Source: a virus
Strand: one strand, 5' to 3'
DNA length: 64,000 nt
IMG/VR virus record: IMGVR_UViG_3300042010_000012
Location: 5,816-69,815 of that record
Position numbers and translations under genes: made by a program. Under the pieces are notes generated by a model. It searched no databases. It saw only the letters and a list, made by a program, of their open reading frames with translations, and was not told the origin of the DNA. Each line of letters begins with the position of its first letter. Position 1 is the first letter of the stretch. Of the stretch, positions 53,594-62,187 are shown piece after piece.

Positions 53594-55882
53594 TTAGATT
53601 ACACAGGACGGGCAGGACGCTTCGTCTTCTTGCTCAACTACTTCTGGCACAGCACAATCAAGCGCAAGACTCTTCTCCTCTTCGGTCTTGATCATCTTAC
53701 GGTTGTTGTGGTAGTAGCCAGTTTTCCCGCCGAGTTTATAGATCAATGTCATGTCATTCAGAATCACGGTCGCCGGTACCTTGTTGTCAGGGTACTTAGT
53801 GTTGTCGTAGCGAGTGTTCAGCGAGATAGCCTGATCCATACGCTTCTGCATAATGCAGGAGATTTTGATGTAACCGTGAAGATTAACGTCCCACTCAAGT
53901 TGGTACTTGTGCTTCAGGCGATCATACTCAGGCACAACAAACTTAGTACCAGACTTAGCAACGATCAGGTTGCGAACAGGCTCTTGACCATTAGTCATGT
54001 TCTGCACACGCGAAGACGTTTCAGACGGCATGTTGCACATCAAGGTCGCGTTACGAATGCCCGATACCTTCATGCGCGCACGCAACGGCTCCCACGGCAT
54101 ACGCTCAACATGAGGAATAACTTCATCAATGCCTTTCTTGCGCACGTCTTGAGGGAAGATGCCCTGAGCGTATTTGGTGTTTTCAACTTTACCGCATGCA
54201 CCGTACAGTTCAGCAAGTTCAACCGACGCTTGAGTCAGATAGAACGCCATCGCTTCCATGTATTCATCGACAACTTCAAACGCACCTTCATCGAACTTCA
54301 GACCACGTTTAGCCAGGAAGTAAGCGAGGTTGTTTACGCCGATGCCCAGAGGACGATACCAGTCAGTGCTGTTTTTCGCAGCGGGCAGCAAGTATGGCTG
54401 ATAGTCAAGCAAGGCGTCAAGTGCGAACACAGCAAGACGGCAAGGAACTTCGAAGTCAGACGGCTTCTTGATTGCACCCCAGTTGATTGCACTCAGGTTG
54501 CACAGACTGATCAGCGCGTTCATGTCCTCAAGACTCATCAGTTCGATGGTCGGCAGTGTCACTTCAGTGCACAGGTTCGACATGCGAATAGGTGCGTTCT
54601 TAGCAACAAAACTACCCTGTTCGTTCGAGTTGTCGACGAAGTGGAAGTAAACACGCGAGGTCGAAGAACGCTCGGTAGCGATCATGTCACGCAGTTTGCT
54701 ACCTTCGATGATACGACGGGTTTTGGTTTCGTCTTTCTCATACAGCTCATACAGACGCGCAAACTCAACTTGGTCATCGCAGAACGCCTTCTGAAGCAGT
54801 GGAACTTCCTCAGGGGAGAACAGGGTGACGGCTTCGCGCTTGAGAATACGTTTCCACAGATAACCGTTCAGGTTGAATGCGTGGTCAGCGTGACGAATGC
54901 GTGTTTCTTCAGTGCCTTTGTTGTTCTTCAGTACCAGCAGCTTCTCAACATCCAAGTGCCAGATGTTGTGGTAGTAAGTCTCGCTACCCTTACGCATGCC
55001 GCCCTGACTAGAAGCCCCTACAATCGCTCGTGACGCTTGAGCAAAGCCAATCACGCCAGTAGTCGTCACGTCACCGTTACGAACAGGCTGCCCCTCAGCA
55101 CGCAGGTTAAACACGCCAAGACCGATGCCTGCCTTGTTAGTCGCATACTTCAGCACTGCTTGATAGGTCGCACCAATCGAGTCAATCGAATCGCCCATTT
55201 CAATCAGGGTGCAGCTTGCGCCTTGTGGGTTCGGTGTACGAATCGATGCAGCGATCGGACTCGGGATACTGATACCCGCTTCAGACAGCTGGTTGTAGTA
55301 GCCTTTGACCATCGTGATGCCGAAGCGATCAACGTACTTGCGCATCAGAACAGCGGCTACCAGGATGTAGGCCACTTGAGGCGTTTCGTGGTAGACCTTC
55401 TGCTTACGATTCTGCACCAAATACTTGTCAAGCCACTCACGCGCACCCGAGATACGGAAGTTAAAGTCGTTGTCATGCTTGACAAACGATTCAATCTTGG
55501 CCCACTGCTCAGGCGTGTACATGTTCAACAGGTCTTTGTGATACCAACCCGACTTGACGTTCTTTTCAACGATCCCGTACAGCGAAGGAACTTCGAACTG
55601 TCCATAGACTTCTTTGCGCAGTGCCAGCATGACCAGACGACCAGCGACCAGGTCATAGTTCGGATAATCTGGCGAGATGAGTTCGTGTGCTGAGTCGATC
55701 AGCGAGGTATGCAAGTCAGACGTTTTCATGCCGTCATGAAACTTCAGTCCAGCCTGTGCTTCGATCTCAGAAGGTGAAACGTTGCTTACGCCGTCACATG
55801 CCCATACTAATACCTTGTGAATCTTGTTGATGTCCAACAGTTCGCGTGAACCGTTTCTTTTAATCAGAAAAATATCTTTCAT
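53594..55882 (-). CDS. nrdA: ribonucleotide reductase alpha subunit NrdA
   Basis: 762 aa. N-terminal ATP cone (KRNGSRELLDINKI). Catalytic NLCTEV. The + ORF 53570..55033 is a shadow. Confidence 0.9.
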   Translation of the reverse strand: MKDIFLIKRNGSRELLDINKIHKVLVWACDGVSNVSPSEIEAQAGLKFHDGMKTSDLHTSLIDSAHELISPDYPNYDLVAGRLVMLALRKEVYGQFEVPSLYGIVEKNVKSGWYHKDLLNMYTPEQWAKIESFVKHDNDFNFRISGAREWLDKYLVQNRKQKVYHETPQVAYILVAAVLMRKYVDRFGITMVKGYYNQLSEAGISIPSPIAASIRTPNPQGASCTLIEMGDSIDSIGATYQAVLKYATNKAGIGLGVFNLRAEGQPVRNGDVTTTGVIGFAQASRAIVGASSQGGMRKGSETYYHNIWHLDVEKLLVLKNNKGTEETRIRHADHAFNLNGYLWKRILKREAVTLFSPEEVPLLQKAFCDDQVEFARLYELYEKDETKTRRIIEGSKLRDMIATERSSTSRVYFHFVDNSNEQGSFVAKNAPIRMSNLCTEVTLPTIELMSLEDMNALISLCNLSAINWGAIKKPSDFEVPCRLAVFALDALLDYQPYLLPAAKNSTDWYRPLGIGVNNLAYFLAKRGLKFDEGAFEVVDEYMEAMAFYLTQASVELAELYGACGKVENTKYAQGIFPQDVRKKGIDEVIPHVERMPWEPLRARMKVSGIRNATLMCNMPSETSSRVQNMTNGQEPVRNLIVAKSGTKFVVPEYDRLKHKYQLEWDVNLHGYIKISCIMQKRMDQAISLNTRYDNTKYPDNKVPATVILNDMTLIYKLGGKTGYYHNNRKMIKTEEEKSLALDCAVPEVVEQEDEASCPSCVI

Positions 55883-55897
55883 GGGTTGAACTACACC

Positions 55898-56452
55898 TTA
55901 GTTGTTTGGATTGTTAATAAAGTAATCGCACATTGCATAGGCATCCGTGATGTCGGCTAGTGGGCTTTTGTCGGACGCACAGTTTAGCAGCTTCTCTAAG
56001 TCAACGTCTAAGCCTTTGTTTAGAAAGGCATCGTACATCGCAGTCTTGTTTGAATTACCTTTGCCAGTGAACAGTTTCTTCACCGCAGTCGGCGCAGGAG
56101 TGATGAAAGCAATGCCTTCTTTCCACATTTTATGTTTCAACAGACCGATGTTCTCAGCGATATTGAACACTCGACCACTAGCGCCCATTGCATAACCTTC
56201 AAGACAAGCTTCTTTCACACCATGTCTCTTGAGGATAGTAATCGCCCATGACGCGATGTTGTCATAGCGTTCTTCATCACTGTGGTGCAACGTTGCTTTA
56301 AAGCCGTGAATATTACCGTAGGACTGGTCGTACTTCTTACTGTCAATGTAGAAGTAGAAGGTGCAGTTTTTGAATTCAAGTGGGGTCTTTGTATCGTGAA
56401 TGCAGATTGCTGGACATGACATCGACCAGTCGAGGCCGGCGATCATAGTCAT
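55898..56452 (-). CDS. RuvC-fold nuclease (putative Holliday-junction resolvase-like)
   Basis: IAGLDWSMSCPAICI (D), CLEGYAMG (E) and ADITDAYAMCDYF (D..DA.A) are the RuvC-like catalytic motifs. Confidence 0.45.
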   Translation of the reverse strand: MTMIAGLDWSMSCPAICIHDTKTPLEFKNCTFYFYIDSKKYDQSYGNIHGFKATLHHSDEERYDNIASWAITILKRHGVKEACLEGYAMGASGRVFNIAENIGLLKHKMWKEGIAFITPAPTAVKKLFTGKGNSNKTAMYDAFLNKGLDVDLEKLLNCASDKSPLADITDAYAMCDYFINNPNN

Positions 56453-56601
56453 TCTTCTTCACCATCGGTGTCGACGGCTGCATCAACAGGGGATGCACAG
56501 AATGGGCAGCAAGTGATATTTTGGGCATCCTCTTCTTGATAGACAAGGATATATTGAGTGTCGCAGGTTTTGCAAATAACTTCTGATTTGAGTAGAGACA
56601 T
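56449..56601 (-). CDS. possible zinc-ribbon small protein (50 aa)
   Basis: CKTC...CCPFC. RBS AGGAA. ATGA overlap with the downstream gene. Below the track cutoff. Confidence 0.35.
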   Translation of the reverse strand: MSLLKSEVICKTCDTQYILVYQEEDAQNITCCPFCASPVDAAVDTDGEEE

Positions 56602-56686
56602 ATCGGGTGATTCCTAAACGGTTATTGAAAGTGAATGTTGCCTATAACTTTCATTTATAACCGAAGAAACCACCCGATATTCAGGA

Positions 56687-57262
56687 CTAGCTTTCTTCCA
56701 CTTCGTCGCTGTCTTCACCACCAAGCACGCGTAACACACGCTCAGCCATGTCCTCAGACGTCACGTAGAAGTCTTCACCCTTCAAGATGCGTGTCACTTC
56801 ATCTTCAGTGAAGAAGGGCACGTAGATCGAATATGCGAGCTTCGCATACAGTTCAACAATTGCCTGGGCTTGCTTCAGATTATCGCTGAACTTCATCCCT
56901 GGACTGGTCAGACTGCCATCATGGTACAAGAAGTGTGCGAACGGATGAATCTCAATGTTCTCACACGCGAGCATGATGATAGTACCAGCACTTGCAACGC
57001 CAGCTTCAGCATGAGCAATCACGGTTGCCTGAGTACGAAGGATTGCATGCACAATCACAATCGCCGCTTCCATGTTACCACCACCTGTTGCCAAGTGAAG
57101 ATGAATCTCATCACCTGGCGCAGCATGGTCAAGGGTAAAGACAAGATCGCAATAGTCCTTAGTATCACCGATATCATCGTAGAAGTAGAAGTGATTGGGT
57201 GGTGCAACTTGCGGCCCTGTGTATTGCGGCGGAGTATAGCTTGAGGTCATTTGATGATACAT
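56687..57262 (-). CDS. ClpP-family serine protease-like protein
   Basis: HLHLATGGGNMEAAIVIV...IAHAEAGVASAGTIIMLAC resembles the ClpP/S14 core. Confidence 0.45.
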   Translation of the reverse strand: MYHQMTSSYTPPQYTGPQVAPPNHFYFYDDIGDTKDYCDLVFTLDHAAPGDEIHLHLATGGGNMEAAIVIVHAILRTQATVIAHAEAGVASAGTIIMLACENIEIHPFAHFLYHDGSLTSPGMKFSDNLKQAQAIVELYAKLAYSIYVPFFTEDEVTRILKGEDFYVTSEDMAERVLRVLGGEDSDEVEES

Positions 57263-57289
57263 GGTGAGTACCCGCTTTGTGTGATAAGA

Positions 57290-57583
57290 TCAACTACTAC
57301 TTAGTTCCTTTTTCATTCGTTTCCTAACAGTGGCAATGAAGTCATCCATCGAGTTTCTAGCGTCTAAGGTGAAAGAAACTCCGCAAGATCCACAATAGAA
57401 CAGATTGACATCACCCTGGCTCAACCATTGCAGGTGATTCTCGGGATGTTTGCAACTCCTCTTCATCTCATGTATTTGGCTTAGGATCGCTCGCTGTTTG
57501 CTTGCGAGCTTACCAATCTCAGTAGCATCAAAAGTGGCGTAATGCTTATCGTAGTCGAGACCTTCAGTAATCATGCCTTCCAC
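57290..57583 (-). CDS. zinc-finger small protein
   Basis: SCKHPENH...YCGSCG. 97 aa. Confidence 0.4.
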   Translation of the reverse strand: MEGMITEGLDYDKHYATFDATEIGKLASKQRAILSQIHEMKRSCKHPENHLQWLSQGDVNLFYCGSCGVSFTLDARNSMDDFIATVRKRMKKELSSS

Positions 57584-59166
57584 TTCCCGTTCTTCAGCGT
57601 GACGATGGTACGTTTGCTGTTTGCGTAGGTCACAATGTGGCTATGAGACCACGACGAACCGCCTTGGTTATAACCCATATCCATCTTCGCACTCACACCA
57701 GCCTGGTAGACGCCATCACGAATGTTCGCAGAGTGTGAATGCCCGATGTTGTAACGTGTACCAAGCTTTTGATATGCGTTAATCGAACCGCGAGCACCGT
57801 TATTGCCGAGATGTCCATGAGCACCACACTCAATCCCATCCTTACCACAAATCATGAAGCTTTCATCAGTACGCAGGAACCGTACCGATCTCAGCTTAGG
57901 ATTATGTTTGGTCAGCGCGTACTTGAACACAGAGAACTCTTGATTACCGTCAGCGATTGCGTTGTAGGTAGCAAGTTGACAGTCCAAGAAGAACAGCGCG
58001 TTTGCTGGATCAGTCTTGTAGTCAGCAGTTTTCAACCAGCGTTGCAGTGCCAGGTCATGGTTCGACTCGACAATCACAGTTTGGCAGTAACTCCTGTACA
58101 TCAAATTCAGAACGTCCGACACACGCGCAACGTCTTCAGACACCCAATCCTTGTTCTGGACATACAGAGCGAACTTGACATACGGGTCATTGATTGTGTG
58201 GTGGTTACGCGCTTGCATGTCGAGGACATCATGCACTAGCTGGAACTTAGGCATCAACGAATCGATCATGCTGCCCTTGTTACCGAAGCTTGCGGCATAC
58301 ACCTTGGCATCGTACTTCTCAGCGTGAATGTCACCCCAGTTGATCGCTTCTACGCGGTGAGCAACAGAAACGCCCGTAGGGGTATACAGGCGGTCCAGAT
58401 CGTAGAATTCGCCAGTCTCAGTGTCTGCGATCAGTTGACGCACGAACCAATCGCCGTCGGCATCGATCTCGACAATCAACGCACCAAAGATATGGTGAAA
58501 GGATGCTTTCTGTCCAGACTTTTTCTGGATGTAGTTGCGTTGGGTGACAGCACCTGTGGTGTACAGGATGCGTACAGGTTCATCTTTGGCGGTCGGCAAC
58601 GATTCGAGTTGAACCTTGGCGTGCGGGATGATCCCTGAACAGTTCTTGGTGTATGAGTGAAAGCCACTCAGCGGGTTGACAGCAGTAGGGATAACGTTCA
58701 GCTCGCCACACCAGATCAGGTCGTCGGCAAGTTGAATTGGTTCATCGACGATGTATTTCTTGATCTTGCTGTCAAACCATTCACCTTCAGATTTTTGCAA
58801 GTTCTGAAAGCCATCCACATTGTAACTGAACGTACCTACAATGATCGTTGCGTCAATACTCTTCGCCATTGTCTCAAGCGATGCCAGGAACTTCGAATGT
58901 ACGTAGGTCGAGTTCTGTGCAGAGGTCAAGATGAACCGATTACCAGGCAACTTCTTGATCTGGTGATAGTGGTCATGAAGACTACCTGAAGCAATCGGCT
59001 TCTCATGCTTAGCCCACCAGTCACCATAAGTCTCCTTGCTCAGGAAGTTACCTACTGTGGTCTTGGAGATGTCGAGTGCGTGAGCGATTGCGCGTATGGA
59101 AAGGTTATCGTTTTTCAGACGCAGGATTTCAAGCTTTACATCATCGGTCAATATTGCTGAGGTCAT
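57571..59166 (-). CDS. HTH-domain protein fused to a calcineurin-like metallophosphoesterase domain
   Basis: N-terminus LEILRLKNDNLSIRAIAHALDISKTTVGNFL (HTH). C-terminal half carries WGDIHAE (GD.H), VHDVLD, ESNHD (GNHD-like) and GHSHS (GH.H) phosphoesterase motifs. Confidence 0.45.
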   Translation of the reverse strand: MTSAILTDDVKLEILRLKNDNLSIRAIAHALDISKTTVGNFLSKETYGDWWAKHEKPIASGSLHDHYHQIKKLPGNRFILTSAQNSTYVHSKFLASLETMAKSIDATIIVGTFSYNVDGFQNLQKSEGEWFDSKIKKYIVDEPIQLADDLIWCGELNVIPTAVNPLSGFHSYTKNCSGIIPHAKVQLESLPTAKDEPVRILYTTGAVTQRNYIQKKSGQKASFHHIFGALIVEIDADGDWFVRQLIADTETGEFYDLDRLYTPTGVSVAHRVEAINWGDIHAEKYDAKVYAASFGNKGSMIDSLMPKFQLVHDVLDMQARNHHTINDPYVKFALYVQNKDWVSEDVARVSDVLNLMYRSYCQTVIVESNHDLALQRWLKTADYKTDPANALFFLDCQLATYNAIADGNQEFSVFKYALTKHNPKLRSVRFLRTDESFMICGKDGIECGAHGHLGNNGARGSINAYQKLGTRYNIGHSHSANIRDGVYQAGVSAKMDMGYNQGGSSWSHSHIVTYANSKRTIVTLKNGKWKA

Positions 59167-59214
59167 TTAACACCTTTCTCGCTGTAGTGTATTGTTGAAT
59201 TGTTTAGCGGCTTG

Positions 59215-60273
59215 TTACAGCCGCTTCCATTGCATGAACTTCATTTTCGCAGTCATGCCTTTGTAGGTTGACTGTTTGATCACGCCCATCAGTTGCGAAC
59301 GCGTGATACCTTCTTTGACCATGTCGTTGATGTCGACCTTCTTCATAGGACTGAATGGCCAGATAACTAATGACCGACCTTCTTCAATCGCCTGCTCCAT
59401 ATACCGACACACGTCGCGGTTACGACACTGATTGTCGAAGATCAACACGTCTGCCTTAGATCGCACCAAGTTCGCATCGCAGGTCGCAATGCAGTTGTCA
59501 ACAAACAGCGAGTCGAGCGGCCCTTCGACACAATATGTTGTCTTGGCCGGATCCATCTCATATAGACCATAAAGCTTCTCGACATCATCATTCGCTTTGA
59601 TGGTGATGTACTTCATCTTCGAATCCTTCAATGCGCGTCCCTGAAGCATCTCAACAACACCATCAGTGTTCACAAACGGAATCAGGATGCGCGATTCTTT
59701 CGCAAGCAAGTTCAACCCCGCTTCCTCGTTCATCATTGAGGCAACTGATTTGAAGTCGTCGGTGTAATACAGACGGCGCATCTCGTGTTCAGTGAATGCA
59801 CGACCTTTCAGAAACACCACAGCGGGATGCGTTTCAGGTAGACTCATCACATTGATAGAGACGCGCTGGAACTCATCGAGGTCGATCCCCTCTGAAGGGC
59901 CCTCTACGACGTCCAACAACTCATCGGGCGTCCCACTCAATGTCATTTCAGAAGACGTCTTCGACGCAGTGCTGACGCGCTGGTTGAACGTGTCAAACAG
60001 TGTCTCACGCTTGTACTCCTCGAACTGCGAGCCGTATTGATCGCGCATGAAGTTGTAGAACGACTTCGAGTAACCACAGTTGTGACACCACACCAACATG
60101 TTCTGCTTTTTCACGTAAAAGAAGAACCGAGTCAACTTGGTGCTCTTCTTTGAGTCACCACATACAGGACATCGACATGCCCAGACGTTAGTCTTTACCT
60201 TTTTAAAGCGTTGCAATCCAACAGAGATGCGATTCATCCATTGAATATCGATATGGACCTTTGAGTGAATCAT
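59215..60273 (-). CDS. 61: DNA primase (gp61-like)
   Basis: Zinc ribbon CRCPVCGDSKKS...CHNCG, as in T4 gp61 (CPVCGDS). Toprim-like C-terminus. Start placed at the ATG at 60273; the track ORF is longer at the N-terminus. Confidence 0.6.
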   Translation of the reverse strand: MIHSKVHIDIQWMNRISVGLQRFKKVKTNVWACRCPVCGDSKKSTKLTRFFFYVKKQNMLVWCHNCGYSKSFYNFMRDQYGSQFEEYKRETLFDTFNQRVSTASKTSSEMTLSGTPDELLDVVEGPSEGIDLDEFQRVSINVMSLPETHPAVVFLKGRAFTEHEMRRLYYTDDFKSVASMMNEEAGLNLLAKESRILIPFVNTDGVVEMLQGRALKDSKMKYITIKANDDVEKLYGLYEMDPAKTTYCVEGPLDSLFVDNCIATCDANLVRSKADVLIFDNQCRNRDVCRYMEQAIEEGRSLVIWPFSPMKKVDINDMVKEGITRSQLMGVIKQSTYKGMTAKMKFMQWKRL

Positions 60274-60375
60274 ATCCTTACCATGTTTTGAAATTGATAA
60301 ATAGTATATAACACTAACAACACACTCTCCTACTGCTAACTGTAAAGAGAACAACGAGATAGAAGGAACAACCTG

Positions 60376-60831
60376 ATGGCCCAACCAATGGAACTCTGGC
60401 AAGTCGTAACCGTGCTTTTCGGTATTTGCGTAGCCATTACAGGCCCCGCTATTTGGTTTTTCAAAACCAATACCGCCAGGCTCGAAAAAGAAAACGATAA
60501 AATCGTTAACAAGCTTGAATCGTCAAACACGAACGCGTTCAAAGACATCAAGAATGATCTGAAGGAGTTTCGAACTCACTTTGACAGCAAGATCAGTGAG
60601 GTCTATGTTGCGGTCGATTCGAAAAACCGTGAGCTTAAGGACTTTGTGTCAAAAGAACTCGATTACGTCAAGAACCATGTCCTGTCTGTTGAGGAAAAGG
60701 TACATGCAGCACGGGAACATAGTCATGGGATTGAAAAGGATCTTCTGAAGCTCCAATTGGCAATCGGCAAAGACTACATCACCCGTGATGACCTGTACGA
60801 ATTCCTTCGTACCCGTAGCGTTACAACTTAA
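60376..60831 (+). CDS. membrane-anchored coiled-coil protein
   Basis: N-terminal TM segment (VVTVLFGICVAITGPAIWFF) followed by a coiled-coil. Lone + strand gene in a - strand block. Confidence 0.5.
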   Translation: MAQPMELWQVVTVLFGICVAITGPAIWFFKTNTARLEKENDKIVNKLESSNTNAFKDIKNDLKEFRTHFDSKISEVYVAVDSKNRELKDFVSKELDYVKNHVLSVEEKVHAAREHSHGIEKDLLKLQLAIGKDYITRDDLYEFLRTRSVTT

Positions 60832-62186
60832 AGCGCATCGAGGTCTTTGATAAACAGCGCGTCTGTGCTGGTTTTCTCAAGGGTCTCGATATCTGCCTTC
60901 ACACCTTTCGCTGCTTGCTCTGCCTCAGCAACTTTCTCCATTGTGAGAGAACTGATTTGCATAGCAAGTAAGCGATCCATGTACTTCAAGTCAACCACTG
61001 CACTGAACTCGGCTTCAAGCTCCGAACGTTTCTTCTTGTGCGGGTCTTTCATCTTCGAGTTCCAGTAGGTGATGAACTTGACCTTGTTTTCGTTCCACTT
61101 CAAATCCTCGGCCATCGCCTCAAGCAACTTCTGCTTGCGAATCACATAGATCCCTTTCCTGAACTCAATGAACGCCAACAGGGCTGCATAGACGTTGTCA
61201 AAGCGTTGCAAGTTCGCCCCGATGTTCCAGAGCGTGACGTTCTCACCGAAGCGATGCACCAACTTGAAGATTGATTTCAGTTCGACGATTTCCTTGCGCG
61301 CAACTTCACGCGGGACAGTGATGATAAACTCAAATCCATCCTCAGTCGAGTTATTGTCGAAGTCTTTGACCTTACCATCATCCATCAACTTGATCAGGAT
61401 TTCCTTGAACTTGTCGACGTCATAGGTGATAGGCAAGTGCGTGACCTTCAGGGTCGTTGTATTGATCTTCTCAATCCGACCGTGAAACTCCCATTGCGTA
61501 TCAGATGCACCCTTGACAACTTCACCACCCCATGCACCGAAGTACGGCGTCATTGCCGCATCAATCGTGCGCTGTTGTACTGCAACACCCTGAAGCAATT
61601 TCTTCATCAGGTCAGCAACTTTCTTCGGATCGCGGGACAAGATCTTCGATGCGTGGCCAGTACCAACACCCTGAGCACCGTTGACCAACCAGAAAGGAAT
61701 GATCGGGAAGTAGTTCAGCGGCTCCATCTCCTTACCTTCTTCAAGGCGCGATTCAAGCAACAGGTCGTCATCACGGTGCAGATACTTGCGCATGTATGGG
61801 CTTGGCTTTGTATAGATGTAACGCACGGCAGACGCTTCAGAACTCATGATCGAACCGAACTGTCCGATAGGCGTGAACAAGTTGACGTTGTTGCTGCCAG
61901 GGAAGTCTTGCGCAAGCTTAACTATCGTCTCACACAATGAGTTCTCACCGTGCTGATACGCTGTCACCTTCGCCCCATGTGAACCAAGTTGCGCAACCTT
62001 GATCTCAGATGTCCCGTGCGTGAACATTCCATAGACAGCTTTCCGTTGCGAGTCTTTGAACCCATCCACAATAGATGGGATACTGCGCACGTTGTCGGCG
62101 TTGGAAAAGATCTTCAGGTCATTGTTGATGAAGTCCTTGAGTCGGTATTTCGAGTGATCTGGGTTATGCTGTATGAATAATGACAT
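60828..62186 (-). CDS. 52: DNA topoisomerase II medium subunit (gp52-like, GyrA-type)
   Basis: Active-site region KVAQLGSHGAKVTAYQHGEN. Start at the ATG at 62186 with RBS GGAGG. The gp39 stop lies 1 nt upstream. Confidence 0.8.
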   Translation of the reverse strand: MSLFIQHNPDHSKYRLKDFINNDLKIFSNADNVRSIPSIVDGFKDSQRKAVYGMFTHGTSEIKVAQLGSHGAKVTAYQHGENSLCETIVKLAQDFPGSNNVNLFTPIGQFGSIMSSEASAVRYIYTKPSPYMRKYLHRDDDLLLESRLEEGKEMEPLNYFPIIPFWLVNGAQGVGTGHASKILSRDPKKVADLMKKLLQGVAVQQRTIDAAMTPYFGAWGGEVVKGASDTQWEFHGRIEKINTTTLKVTHLPITYDVDKFKEILIKLMDDGKVKDFDNNSTEDGFEFIITVPREVARKEIVELKSIFKLVHRFGENVTLWNIGANLQRFDNVYAALLAFIEFRKGIYVIRKQKLLEAMAEDLKWNENKVKFITYWNSKMKDPHKKKRSELEAEFSAVVDLKYMDRLLAMQISSLTMEKVAEAEQAAKGVKADIETLEKTSTDALFIKDLDAL

Positions 62187-62187
62187 A

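Noticed and set aside
53570-55033. 487-aa + strand ORF
   Set aside because: It is antisense to nrdA.
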